From: Paucihalobacter sp.
Lineage (GTDB): Bacteria > Bacteroidota > Bacteroidia > Flavobacteriales > Flavobacteriaceae
DNA: 64,000 nt
Assembly: GCF_036825875.1 (NCBI RefSeq)
Contig: NZ_DAISXK010000011.1
Span: forward strand, 3,537 to 67,536
Reading direction: 5' to 3'
Of this stretch, positions 1 through 9,731 are shown one piece after another (within the stretch, counting starts at the first letter, position 1; every line of letters begins with the position of its first letter). The notes under the pieces are model-generated. The model was not told the origin of the DNA. It worked only from the letters and a program-made list of their open reading frames with translations, and made no database searches. The translations under genes were made by a program, and so were the position numbers.

Positions 1-454
1 TTTGGTGGTTTTTCATACCAGTTAGGTATTGATAGCCTTCCTCAGTCATATGCTTGATATCTAGCAGCACCAAATCGGTATAGTCGTCTAATAATTCTCT
101 TACAAAATGATTCAAGATACGACCGTTGGTGTCTATGGCGGTATGAATGCCTTCAGCCTTCAAAAGTTTAAAAAAGGGTATCAATGCTTTGGCTTGCAGC
201 AATGGTTCGCCACCAGAGACGGTTACACCGCCATACTTTCCGAAGTAAGGTTTGGCCTTCATCACCATATCAAAGAGTGCTTTTATGGTATGAGGTTCAC
301 CACCTTCCATTGCTATGGTATCGGGATTGTGACAGTATAAACACTTAAGCTTACACCCTTGCAAAAAAATCACAAACCTAATACCGGGACCGTCGTGGGT
401 GCCAAAGCTTTCGATAGAATGAACGTTTAGTATAGTGTCTGGTAAAATAGTCAT
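1..454 (-). CDS. pflA: pyruvate formate-lyase activating enzyme (radical-SAM glycyl-radical activase); 3' end runs off the window
   Basis: Absent from the ORF track because no stop lies inside the window. Minus-strand translation from ATG (454-452) reads MTILPDTILNVHSIESFGTHDGPGIRFVIFLQGCKLKCLYCHNPDT...GGVTVSGGEPLLQ...LLDIKHMTEEGY. This shows the CX3CX2C radical-SAM motif and the GGEP motif of PflA-type activases. It lies directly downstream of pflB. Confidence 0.9.
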   Translation of the reverse strand, partial: MTILPDTILNVHSIESFGTHDGPGIRFVIFLQGCKLKCLYCHNPDTIAMEGGEPHTIKALFDMVMKAKPYFGKYGGVTVSGGEPLLQAKALIPFFKLLKAEGIHTAIDTNGRILNHFVRELLDDYTDLVLLDIKHMTEEGYQYLTGMKNHQ

Positions 455-463
455 AGTCTTACT

Positions 464-510
464 TTAAAAAAAGCACCTTATTAAATGTAGGCCATTCAAA
501 CAGGTGCTTT
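464..510 (-). terminator. hairpin plus T-run between pflB and pflA (weak terminator or processing site)
   Basis: aagcacct (471-478) pairs with aggtgctt (502-509) around a 23-nt loop. On the minus strand the stem is followed by TTTTT. The long loop makes this a weak call. Confidence 0.35.
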
Positions 511-522
511 AAATAGTACATA

Positions 523-2748
523 TTACATCGACTCGTGGAATGATCTTGAAATCACTTCCATTTGCTGCTCACGGGTGAGTCGAACAAAATTAACTGCATA
601 ACCCGATACCCTGATGGTAAGTTGCGGGTAAGCTTCTGGATGTTCCATGGCATCTAATAAGGTGTCCTTGTCTAACACATTGATATTGATATGTTGGGCC
701 TTGTTAGAAAAATACCCATCTAAAATAGATATCAGATTTTGAACGCGCGTTTCAACATCGGCACCTAATGATTTTGGAACCACCGAAAAGGTATTGGAAA
801 TGCCGTCTTGTGCATCTTCATATCTAATTTTTGCAACCGAATTTAGAGAGGCAATAGCGCCCATTTCATCACGACCATGCATAGGATTCGCGCCGGGTGC
901 AAAAGGAACACCCAAAGCTCTGCCATCCGGAGTAGCGCCTGTTTTTTTACCATACACCACGTTAGAGGTAATTGTTAACACCGATAAGGTTGGTGTGGCA
1001 TTTTTATAGATTATAAACTGCTTCAACTCATTGTTGAAGTCGGATACCGCTTGCACTGCCAAAGCATCTACCCTATCGTCGTCATTACCGTATTTAGGAA
1101 ACGCACCTTCAATGCTGAAATCTACTATTAAGCCGTCTTCATTTCTTATGGGTTTTACCTTCGCATATTTTATGGCCGACAACGAATCCGCAACGATTGA
1201 TAGTCCGGCAATACCGTAAGCAATATCAATATGCGGATTGGTATCTATAAGTGCCATCTGTGCTTTTTCGTAATAATACTTATCGTGCATGTAGTGAATA
1301 ATATTCATGGTATCGCAATACACACGTGCTACTTCTTGCATGGCTACTTTAAAGTTAATCATCACCTTATTAAAATCAAGGTATTCATCTTTATCGATAG
1401 GAACACCTTCAAGCACTTGTTCACCCGTTAACTCGCATCTACCGCCATTAATAGCCAATAGTAAGGTTTTGGCAAGATTGGTACGGGCTCCAAAAAACTG
1501 AATGGATTTGCCTAAATCCTGGTGCGATACGCAGCAGGCAATACCGTAATCGTCCGAACCTCTACTGTCGCGCATCAGTGCATCGTTTTCAAACTGTAAT
1601 GAAGAGGTTTCAATCGCTACTTTTGCACAAAATTCTTTAAAGTTTTCGGGTAAATCTTCAGACCAAAGCACGGTCATATTAGGTTCGGGTGAAGCACCCA
1701 AATTATAGAGTGTATTTAAAAAACGGAAAGATGTTTTGGTAACTTTTGTGCGACCATCATGAAACATTCCGCCTATAGCTTCGGTAACCCAAGTAGGATC
1801 GCCTGCAAAAATTTCGTCGTATGCCTGCATTCGCAAGTGGCGTACCACTCTTAATTTCATGACAAACTGGTCTATGTATTCTTGTGCTTCTGCTTCGGTA
1901 ATTAAACCTTGCTGCAAATCGTTTTCAATATAGATATCAAGAAAGGTTGATACATTGCCTAGCGACATGGCAGCACCATCTTGCTCTTTTACTGCAGCCA
2001 GATAAGCCATGTAAGTCCATTGCACTGCTTCGCGCGCATTTGTAGCGGGTTTTGATAAATCTATTGAATATGAATTACCTAGAGTTTTCATGGCATTTAA
2101 AGCCTTGATTTGCTCCGATACTTCTTCTCTCAATCTAATGACATCCTCGGTCATTGGACCAGTAATACTGGCTAAATCCTTGATTTTGGATTCAATTAAA
2201 AAATCAATTCCGTAAAGGGCAATACGTCTGTAGTCACCAATAATTCTACCTCTGGCATAATTATCAGGTAAGCCTGTTAAAATACCGAGTGAACGGTAGT
2301 TTCTAATCTCGTCGTTGTAGGCATCAAAAACACCATCGTTGTGGGTTTTAACGTATTTTGAAAACAGCTCTGTTAGTTTTTCGTTTGGTACCTTGCCATG
2401 TTCGGATAAAGCCTTTTCAACCACTTTAAAACCTCCGAAAGGTTTCATGGCACGCTTTAAAAGTGCATCGGTTTGTAAGCCAACAATAATTTCATTGTCT
2501 TTATCTATATAGCCGGGTCCAAAGGCGTCTATAGTTGAAATGGTTTCTGTATCCACACTTCTAACGCCGTTATTAGCGCGTTCTTCGGCCATAGCTTGGG
2601 TACAAATATCCCACAGCTTTAGTGTGCGCTTGGTCGGACCTTCTAAAAAAGCACTGGTTCCGTGATAGGGTGTGATATTATTAAACACAAAATCCCGAAC
2701 GTTTACAGTTTTTGTCCAGGAACCACTAATAAATTTTGTTACTTCCAT
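523..2748 (-). CDS. pflB: formate C-acetyltransferase (pyruvate formate-lyase, glycyl radical enzyme)
   Basis: 741 aa. C-terminal glycyl-radical fingerprint [11 protein letters not shown] and adjacent active-site cysteines GIACCVS. Length is typical of PflB, and the activase gene follows immediately. Confidence 0.95.
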   Translation of the reverse strand: MEVTKFISGSWTKTVNVRDFVFNNITPYHGTSAFLEGPTKRTLKLWDICTQAMAEERANNGVRSVDTETISTIDAFGPGYIDKDNEIIVGLQTDALLKRAMKPFGGFKVVEKALSEHGKVPNEKLTELFSKYVKTHNDGVFDAYNDEIRNYRSLGILTGLPDNYARGRIIGDYRRIALYGIDFLIESKIKDLASITGPMTEDVIRLREEVSEQIKALNAMKTLGNSYSIDLSKPATNAREAVQWTYMAYLAAVKEQDGAAMSLGNVSTFLDIYIENDLQQGLITEAEAQEYIDQFVMKLRVVRHLRMQAYDEIFAGDPTWVTEAIGGMFHDGRTKVTKTSFRFLNTLYNLGASPEPNMTVLWSEDLPENFKEFCAKVAIETSSLQFENDALMRDSRGSDDYGIACCVSHQDLGKSIQFFGARTNLAKTLLLAINGGRCELTGEQVLEGVPIDKDEYLDFNKVMINFKVAMQEVARVYCDTMNIIHYMHDKYYYEKAQMALIDTNPHIDIAYGIAGLSIVADSLSAIKYAKVKPIRNEDGLIVDFSIEGAFPKYGNDDDRVDALAVQAVSDFNNELKQFIIYKNATPTLSVLTITSNVVYGKKTGATPDGRALGVPFAPGANPMHGRDEMGAIASLNSVAKIRYEDAQDGISNTFSVVPKSLGADVETRVQNLISILDGYFSNKAQHININVLDKDTLLDAMEHPEAYPQLTIRVSGYAVNFVRLTREQQMEVISRSFHESM

Positions 2749-2788
2749 AATGTGAATCTTATAAGTAATGTTAGGTTTTTACCTAGCA

Positions 2789-2796
2789 CAAAATTA
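2789..2796 (-). promoter_or_regulatory. candidate Bacteroidota sigma-A -7 box (TAnnTTTG) for pflB
   Basis: The minus strand reads TAATTTTG, an exact match to TAnnTTTG, 41 nt upstream of the pflB ATG. Confidence 0.35.
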
Positions 2797-3240
2797 GATT
2801 CAAACAGATTGTTTTTTGATGATATTCGTCATGTTTGTATGCTTGGAATCCTTTTAAAATATTGAAATAGTGAACGAAAACGTTTGAAGTTTGGGCATTC
2901 GAAATGTGTTAAATTTTAAAACATTTTGGTTTAAAATTAATATAGTGTGAATTGTTGCTGAAGTCTTCAAAAAAATGTTGAGATGTGACAGTTTTTCCAT
3001 GAATCTGAACTAAATCTTGTAGGTGGTTAAACACCTGTAATAACCCTCACATAAGCCATGAATCCAAGGTATGCCGTGGATTTAAACAAGATCAATAAGG
3101 CCTATAATTATCAATTACTATTAAAATGACACTGAGATATTTACAAACATCTTTAAGTTATATGTAAGGAATATGAGTCCCATTTTGGATAGATTTACCA
3201 AAAGGTATAAAGCAACTAAAATAATCAAAAACAAACACAG

Positions 3241-3981
3241 ATGGATCTAAAAAACAAAGTAGTAATGATTACAGGTGCCTCCAGCGGCATTGGGAAAGCA
3301 ACGGCTATGAAATTAGCCAAAGAAGGCGCCTCAGTAGTTTTATGTGCCCGAAGTGAAGACGAACTAAACACCTTAAAAGATAAGATTGTTAAAAATGGTG
3401 GAAAGGCGATCGTGGTAAAAACGGATGTAACCAAATCCGCCGACCTAAAAGAAGCAGTGTCGCAGACTATTAAAGAATATGGTAGTGTTGATGTGTTGGT
3501 AAATAATGCCGGACTGATGCCACTCTCTCTCATCGAAAAGCTAAAAACCGATGAATGGGAAAAAATGGTAGATGTTAACATCAAAGGCGTACTCAACGGC
3601 GTAGCCGCGGTATTACCGACCATGAAAAAAAACAAAAGCGGACATATCATCAACATGTCGTCTTCGGCAGCACACAATTATTTTCCCGGCGGTGCTGTGT
3701 ATTGCGCCACCAAGGTCGCAGTTAAAATGTTTTCCGAAGGCTTACGAAAAGAGTTAGCGCCTCAATATGGTATCAACATTACCTCTATCGAACCAGGTGC
3801 GGTAGACACTAGTCTGTTTGAAACCATTACCGATGCCGATATAAAAGAGAAACTAAAAGACATGAAAGAAATGACCAAACTAGAAGCTGAGGATATAGCC
3901 AACGCTATTTTCTATGCCTTAAATCAGCCCACTAGAGTTAATATTAACGACGTCTACATAATGCCAACAGAACAAGGCTAA
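3241..3981 (+). CDS. SDR family NAD(P)-dependent oxidoreductase
   Basis: 246 aa. Has the TGASSGIG cofactor motif, NNAG, and catalytic YCATKVAVK (YxxxK). Confidence 0.85.
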   Translation: MDLKNKVVMITGASSGIGKATAMKLAKEGASVVLCARSEDELNTLKDKIVKNGGKAIVVKTDVTKSADLKEAVSQTIKEYGSVDVLVNNAGLMPLSLIEKLKTDEWEKMVDVNIKGVLNGVAAVLPTMKKNKSGHIINMSSSAAHNYFPGGAVYCATKVAVKMFSEGLRKELAPQYGINITSIEPGAVDTSLFETITDADIKEKLKDMKEMTKLEAEDIANAIFYALNQPTRVNINDVYIMPTEQG

Positions 3982-4003
3982 TCAAACTTAAAATAATACC
4001 ATT

Positions 4004-5386
4004 ATGAGTAAAGAAAAAACAATAGCAACCATCAACCCCACAAACGGTAAAATTCTGAATCGTTATAAATACATAACGGACAAAGCATTACAAGATGCCA
4101 TTACAAAATGTCATAAAGCTTTTATGATATGGAGAGAAGTAAGTCCTGAAAATCGTGCAAAAGTTATTAAGGCCATCGGAAAAGAATTGATGAAGTCCAA
4201 AGAAGAATTGTCACAATTAATGACCGATGAAATGGGAAAAACTTTAGAGCATAGCAGGCAAGAAATAGATTTATGCGCTGCCATTTGTAATTATACCGCT
4301 AAAATCGGACCCAAAGAACTAAAAACAGAAGAACGCGATATGCTAAACGGCAACAAAGGACGTGTGTCTTATGCACCGATTGGCGTGGTGTATGGTATCC
4401 AGCCTTGGAACTATCCAAGCTATCAAGTAGTGCGCTATTCCATTGCAAGTCTTATGGGCGGCAATGGTGTATTGTTGAAGCACGCCTCAAATGTCACCGG
4501 TTCCGGCAAACTGCTGGAGCAAATTTACCAAAGGACCGACATACCAGACGGTTTGTTTACCATATTGATTATAAACCACGATCAATCCGATAGCGTAATA
4601 ACCAATAAGCTGGTGCGTGGTGTTACCCTTACCGGAAGTCCAGAGGCAGGCAAGAAAATTGGACAGAAAGCTACGGCGGCCTTAAAAAAATCTGTTTTGG
4701 AATTGGGCAGCAACGATGCCTATCTGGTTTTTGAAGATGCCGATATAGACCTTGCCGTTAAAGCTTCCGTAACAGGACGTATATATAACAATGGCGAAAC
4801 TTGCATTGCTGCAAAGCGATTTATTGTAGTAGAAAAGGTTTATGATGAGTTTCGGGAGAAATTTGTAAAAGCCATGAGTAAGGTCAAAACAGGAAATCCT
4901 AATATTAAAAGTACCCAATTGGGTCCCATAGCACGTGAAGATCTCCGTGATGAACTGCACGAACAAGTGTTAGCAAGTGTAAAGAAAGGCGCCAAGATAG
5001 CCTGTGGAGGAAAAATTCCGAATGGAGAAGGCTTTTTCTATCCCGCTACAGTTTTAGAAAATGTGAAGCCCGGACAGCCAGCCTACGAGGATGAATTTTT
5101 TGGACCCGTAGCTTCACTAATCAAAGCCAAGAACAATAAAGATGCCATGCGCATTGCTAACGACAGTCGTTATGGACTTGGCGGTGGAATCTTCTCAAAA
5201 AACGAAGCCGCCGCCTTTGAAATAGCCGAGAAATACTTTGACACGGGTATGGTCTTTATCAATTCATTTGGTTTAGCTGATCCGGCCATGCCATTTGGTG
5301 GTGTTAAAGAATCGGGTTACGGTCGTGAACACGGTGGCTTTGGACTTAAAGAATTTGTAAATGTTAAAAGTGTAATGAAAAGGTAA
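4004..5386 (+). CDS. NAD(P)-dependent aldehyde dehydrogenase (succinate-semialdehyde dehydrogenase-like)
   Basis: 460 aa. ALDH hallmarks: QPWNYP, LELGSND (catalytic Glu region), NNGETCIAAKR (catalytic Cys), and the C-terminal GGVKESGYGRE motif. Starts 22 nt after the SDR gene, so it is probably co-transcribed. Confidence 0.88.
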   Translation: MSKEKTIATINPTNGKILNRYKYITDKALQDAITKCHKAFMIWREVSPENRAKVIKAIGKELMKSKEELSQLMTDEMGKTLEHSRQEIDLCAAICNYTAKIGPKELKTEERDMLNGNKGRVSYAPIGVVYGIQPWNYPSYQVVRYSIASLMGGNGVLLKHASNVTGSGKLLEQIYQRTDIPDGLFTILIINHDQSDSVITNKLVRGVTLTGSPEAGKKIGQKATAALKKSVLELGSNDAYLVFEDADIDLAVKASVTGRIYNNGETCIAAKRFIVVEKVYDEFREKFVKAMSKVKTGNPNIKSTQLGPIAREDLRDELHEQVLASVKKGAKIACGGKIPNGEGFFYPATVLENVKPGQPAYEDEFFGPVASLIKAKNNKDAMRIANDSRYGLGGGIFSKNEAAAFEIAEKYFDTGMVFINSFGLADPAMPFGGVKESGYGREHGGFGLKEFVNVKSVMKR

Positions 5387-5864
5387 AAGATGGATATCAA
5401 CACAATAGCCTCAATTAAGTTGACAAAAGCTTCTAATACCTTTTTTTTGAGCCATACAACAACACATGAATTCTTGCGCGCAGATGTATTAGATGGTTTT
5501 AACTATATTTTACTAATAAAGGGACTTTGATGAAATAGGGCGAGCGTTCATTAGCAGCGTGAAGAGACGCCGCGCTAAAGTTTGAGCGCTTTAATTTAAC
5601 ATAAAAACTTAGATATTAAAAGCCGAAACAACTCATCTTTCAAAATTTATTCTCCAGTTAATCAACGAACATCGCCTAATCGCTGAACACTAAACTATCT
5701 GTTCTAACCTCTTACTTGTCTTTGAATGTTAAAGTAATTTTAAATAACCTTGTTTATTCAATAATTAATGGTATAATACAAAGGAAGTCGATTGAATAAA
5801 AAATATAACAATTTTTTTAATGCGACAATTATAAATTAATAACACAAATAAACACAAACACATT

Positions 5865-6194
5865 ATGGGAAGAGAAAGTAGTACACTTTTAGGAATTTTA
5901 GCAGGAACAGCCATTGGCGCAACTTTAGGAATATTGTTTGCACCAGATAAAGGCTCTAATACAAGACAGCGCATAGCAGACGAAGCGCAAGCTGCTAAAG
6001 ATAAGATTCAGGAAAGTGCGCTCCATATGAAAGATCGCGTTGTTGAAACCGTATCTCATAAAAAAGAATCTTTAGATGAACAAGTGGAATCTATCGTTTC
6101 GGATATGAGTCACAAAACTGAAGATGTCATCACAACACTTGAAAAGAAATTAGCTGAGCTTAAGTCTAAAAACAAGAAATTTCAAAAAGCATAA
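5865..6194 (+). CDS. YtxH domain-containing protein
   Basis: 109 aa. N-terminal LLGILAGTAIGATLGILFAPDKGSNTR helix typical of YtxH, followed by a charged coiled-coil-like tail. Confidence 0.75.
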   Translation: MGRESSTLLGILAGTAIGATLGILFAPDKGSNTRQRIADEAQAAKDKIQESALHMKDRVVETVSHKKESLDEQVESIVSDMSHKTEDVITTLEKKLAELKSKNKKFQKA

Positions 6195-6196
6195 GC

Positions 6197-6544
6197 ATGA
6201 ATATTTTTGAATCTGTAAATGATGCAACTGGCAAAATGTCGGATGCAGGGGAAACTTATATTAAAAAAACACAAGAATATTTTACATTAAAAGTTTTTCA
6301 GCAATTAACAATTTCAATTAGTCTAGTTGCAAAAGCTATAATTATTGGTGGCATGTTATTCATAGCACTAATTTTCTTAGCTTTTGCGGCCGCTATGGCT
6401 ATCGGCAATTGGCTACAAGATGGCGCTCTAGGCTTCGTTATAGTGGCTGGCATATTTTTAATAGCGACATCAATCGTTTATTTTAGCCGACATCACATCA
6501 ACAACAAAATCATTAAAACATTTTCCTCTAAATTCTTCGACTAA
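6197..6544 (+). CDS. small membrane protein (holin-X/DUF1469-like, two TM helices)
   Basis: 115 aa with two long hydrophobic helices (AIIIGGMLFIALIFLAFAAAMAI and FVIVAGIFLIATSIVYF). Starts 3 nt after the ytxH-like stop. Confidence 0.6.
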   Translation: MNIFESVNDATGKMSDAGETYIKKTQEYFTLKVFQQLTISISLVAKAIIIGGMLFIALIFLAFAAAMAIGNWLQDGALGFVIVAGIFLIATSIVYFSRHHINNKIIKTFSSKFFD

Positions 6545-6549
6545 CAACT

Positions 6550-6750
6550 ATGAAACAATATCAATCTTTTGAAGATATTCAATATAATTTATCACGTCTC
6601 AAGCTTGAACGCAGCATTGCATTAGAAAAAATGAAATTAGCTAAAAGCGAATTTACAGACAATCTAAGACCAGCTAATTGGGTAATGACCATAGCTAACG
6701 TGGCTAGTAAATATGGATTCTATGTGCTTTTGAAGCGGTTATTTAGATAG
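6550..6750 (+). CDS. small hypothetical protein, third gene of the YtxH module
   Basis: 66 aa. Starts 6 nt after the preceding stop, which suggests coupling. No recognisable motif. Confidence 0.5.
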   Translation: MKQYQSFEDIQYNLSRLKLERSIALEKMKLAKSEFTDNLRPANWVMTIANVASKYGFYVLLKRLFR

Positions 6751-6931
6751 ACAAGCAAATTTAATTATCTTTTAAGCAACCGCTAACTTCAGAATAGGTT
6801 GTACTATTTTGCATCGTTAACTTTAATTAATTAACATCCCAGTATCAGGATATCAATTACTTACAGATAAACAAAGGTTTATTTACTTCAAATATTTTAC
6901 TCACAAACAATTAGTACCTATTAGCAGGGTA

Positions 6932-6996
6932 CTCCATAGATACTCCCACCTTACTCCATAGCAAAGCCATAGCAAAGCCCACCCTTGGCTTTTTTA
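6932..6996 (+). repeat. intergenic conserved element, copy A (partner in inverse orientation at 63037-63094)
   Basis: The core cttactccatagcaaagccatagcaaagcccacccttggctt (6950-6991) matches the reverse complement of 63037-63078 at 36 of 42 positions (hand alignment). It ends in the hairpin aaagcc/ggcttt followed by a T-run. Confidence 0.6.
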
Positions 6997-7082
6997 GAAT
7001 GAGTCTCAATAAAAGAAATTGTAGAGCGTTTTAGAATATGGCGCTATCTTTTTTTAAAAAATTTGGTTTCTAACATTCGAAT

Positions 7083-7850
7083 TTATCTAATATGACTCCC
7101 CGCATTCACATCAATGGTCGCTCCTGTAGCATGATCCATTAATCCACTACACATTAATCCAACCAAGGGCGCTATATCTTGTGGTGTGGTAAGTTCGTTT
7201 AAAGCTATTTCACTTAGGATGCGTTCTTCGCCATAAGTGTCAATAAATGCTTCAGCCATTTGCGTTCGGGTAAATCCCGGTGCAACCACAAAAGCCTTAA
7301 TATTATCTTTACCGAAGGATCGCGCAACACTGCGCGCCAAAGAAGTTAAACCACCTTTAGAAGCCGCATAGGCTAAATATTCTTGTGTTTCACCTCTTAA
7401 AGCAGCACGACTGCCAATATAAATAAAACGGCCTCCAGAGGCTTGAGATTTGAAGTAATCAATTCCCAATTTAGTGAGTAATCCCACCGCATCCAGATTA
7501 ATAGCCAAGGTGCGTTTCCATACCTCAAACCAATCATCAATATGTTCTGAAATAGGATGCGCTAAAAATACACCAGCATTTAAAACTATGCTGTCCAGCC
7601 TTCCAAAAGCTGTGATTATATCTTGAAATAATGTTTTAACAGATTCTTTCTGACTCAAATCCGCTTGAAAGCATCTCGAGCGTGTATTTGGATACTTTGA
7701 TATCAATTGTCGTGCAGCGTCTTGACCACTATTAAAATGTACGGCTACACAAGCACCTTGCAACATGAGGTAATCAGCAATGGCATATCCAATGCCTTTG
7801 GAAGCGCCAGTTACAAGAATGTTATTGTTTATTAAATCTTTATCGGCCAC
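7083..7850 (-). CDS. SDR family oxidoreductase
   Basis: 255 aa with TGASKGIGYAIA, NAG and YAASKGG (YxxxK). Confidence 0.85.
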   Translation of the reverse strand: MADKDLINNNILVTGASKGIGYAIADYLMLQGACVAVHFNSGQDAARQLISKYPNTRSRCFQADLSQKESVKTLFQDIITAFGRLDSIVLNAGVFLAHPISEHIDDWFEVWKRTLAINLDAVGLLTKLGIDYFKSQASGGRFIYIGSRAALRGETQEYLAYAASKGGLTSLARSVARSFGKDNIKAFVVAPGFTRTQMAEAFIDTYGEERILSEIALNELTTPQDIAPLVGLMCSGLMDHATGATIDVNAGSHIR

Positions 7851-8036
7851 GATTTAAGGCAAAGGATTAGGAAATAAAAATACACATTTTTTTAAAGTAA
7901 CTGAAGTATTAAAATCTTAAATAAGTTTTTATTCCTAGGGTGTGGGATAGGCAAATCTCAACTTAAGCTATAGCTCAATTATTACGTAATTATCTCAAAT
8001 TTAATGCTTAAATTTTTTTATACCAAATGTATATTA

Positions 8037-8044
8037 TAGATTTG
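8037..8044 (+). promoter_or_regulatory. candidate -7 box (TAnnTTTG)
   Basis: TAGATTTG lies 35 nt upstream of the ATG at 8079. Confidence 0.4.
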
Positions 8045-8078
8045 GAGTCTAAGTTTAAACCAACTAAAATCTTTTATC

Positions 8079-8519
8079 ATGAAAAAAATCTTTATCCTTT
8101 TACCAATCGTAACTTTAATCATTTTTACATCTTGCAGTAGCGATGACGATAATGGTGGAAACCAAGCTAGCATAATAGGTGCCTGGGAGTATTCTCAAGA
8201 AGGAACCATTATTGGTGGCCAAGAAGTCCTTGAGCCCTACGATCACGAAGCCCCTGAATGTGGCAATGATTTTATAGAGTTTAGTGCTAATGGTACAGCC
8301 GTTGAGACCTATTTTTTCTTAAACATGGATAGTCAATGTGAAACCGAAGCTTTTACATTTTCTTATGAAGTAAATGGTCAACAAATAACCATTAATGACG
8401 ATGATGAGGTTATCACCGCCGAAATCTTGACACTCAGCAACACAACTTTAAAAGTGAGAACCACCGAGGAATTTGGAGGTGAAACTTTTGTTTATATAGT
8501 CCTGCTTACAAGAATTTAA
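8079..8519 (+). CDS. lipocalin-like lipoprotein
   Basis: 146 aa. Lipoprotein signal peptide with lipobox (LIIFTSC-SSDDD). The mature part is beta-rich with a GAWEY motif typical of lipocalin-like domains. Confidence 0.65.
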   Translation: MKKIFILLPIVTLIIFTSCSSDDDNGGNQASIIGAWEYSQEGTIIGGQEVLEPYDHEAPECGNDFIEFSANGTAVETYFFLNMDSQCETEAFTFSYEVNGQQITINDDDEVITAEILTLSNTTLKVRTTEEFGGETFVYIVLLTRI

Positions 8520-8599
8520 ATTAAATTCCAAAAAATACTGATTAGAGAGCTATTTAAAAATAGATCTCCCTTTTTTGCATACAATATACTTAGCGCTAC

Positions 8600-9364
8600 T
8601 TACAATAAACCTTTTATCCAGCCACCATCAACAGCAAGCGATGTTCCTGTGATATAACTAGCCCTAGCACTCGCTAAAAAGGTAACAGCTGCCGCAAATT
8701 CTTCGGGGTCGCCAAAGCGTTTTAGTGGAATCTCATTAACAGCGTTTTTAAAATCGGGATTCGTTTCAATTAAAGTCAAAAGTCTGTTGGTTTTAGTATA
8801 ACCGGGCATCACGTTGTTAACAGTGATATTATAAACACCCAACTCATTAGCAAGGCTTTTAGTTAATCCCACCACCGAAGCTCGCACTGAATTAGATAAA
8901 ATTAAATTATCAACTGGCTGCTTTACTGCCTGAGAGGTAATTGAAATAATGCGTCCATAAGGCTGCTGTTTCATACCAGGAAGTACAGCTTGTATCAAAG
9001 CTACCGCACTTTCTAATAATAAATTATAGGTCTGTTGCCATTGCTTAAGCGACAAATCTTCAAACTTGCCAGCCGGTGGACCACCAGTGTTAGTTACCAA
9101 AATATCAATATGATTAAACTGTTTAAAAATAGTCTGTAATACTTGGTCCCTTTCGGAAGCATTTGATAAATCGCCTGCAACTGCTAGCACTGTAGTGTTG
9201 TACTCAGTTTCAATCAGCTGTTGGGTTGCTTTTAAACGGTCTTCATTTCTGCCATTTATAATGACGGTCGCCCCTTCTTTGGCAAGCTCCATTGCGACAG
9301 CCTTACCTAATCCCTCACTGGAAGCAGCTATAAACACTACTTTGTCTTTTAATCCTAAATCCAC
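8600..9364 (-). CDS. SDR family oxidoreductase (FabG-like)
   Basis: 254 aa. Has AASSEGLGKAVA, NTGG, a Ser-containing active-site region, and a PGYTKT segment. Confidence 0.8.
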   Translation of the reverse strand: MDLGLKDKVVFIAASSEGLGKAVAMELAKEGATVIINGRNEDRLKATQQLIETEYNTTVLAVAGDLSNASERDQVLQTIFKQFNHIDILVTNTGGPPAGKFEDLSLKQWQQTYNLLLESAVALIQAVLPGMKQQPYGRIISITSQAVKQPVDNLILSNSVRASVVGLTKSLANELGVYNITVNNVMPGYTKTNRLLTLIETNPDFKNAVNEIPLKRFGDPEEFAAAVTFLASARASYITGTSLAVDGGWIKGLL

Positions 9365-9367
9365 AGC

Positions 9368-9727
9368 CTACTTTCTTAAATAATCATCGGTGCCATCCAG
9401 CCAATCGGCGCGAATGGGCGACCAGGTATCGACTTCTTCAACATCGCCAATCATCAAGGCTTCATGAGGCACATGAGACGGAATCACAACAGAATCACCA
9501 GGTCCTAAATCCATGGTTTGCGCCTTATCTGCACCAAACCAAAAACGGATGGTGCCAGAAACTACTTGGGTTACCTGTTCGTTTTCATGCTGGTGAAGCG
9601 GCACTAAAAAACCATCCTTAAACTTCATTTTAGCCACCATGACTTTGTCGCCATAAATCATTTGTCGTTGCATTTTATCGTTTACTTGCTCTACTGGTAC
9701 ATCGGCCCAGTTAATTTTCTTTACCAT
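9368..9727 (-). CDS. cupin domain-containing protein
   Basis: 119 aa. Cupin motifs HQHENEQVTQVVSG and PSHVPHEA. Its stop lies 3 nt before the SDR start. Confidence 0.8.
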   Translation of the reverse strand: MVKKINWADVPVEQVNDKMQRQMIYGDKVMVAKMKFKDGFLVPLHQHENEQVTQVVSGTIRFWFGADKAQTMDLGPGDSVVIPSHVPHEALMIGDVEEVDTWSPIRADWLDGTDDYLRK

Positions 9728-9731
9728 ATTA

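Noticed and set aside
3225-3677. 150-aa minus-strand ORF
   Set aside because: It lies fully inside, and antisense to, the well-supported SDR gene 3241..3981 and has no recognisable motif.
5387-5864. Riboswitch, small RNA or small ORF in the 478-nt gap upstream of the YtxH module
   Set aside because: I examined it for conserved riboswitch cores, strong hairpins and ORFs. I found only a 45-codon ORF with no features and a weak gcgct...agcgc stem. Nothing can be supported from sequence alone.
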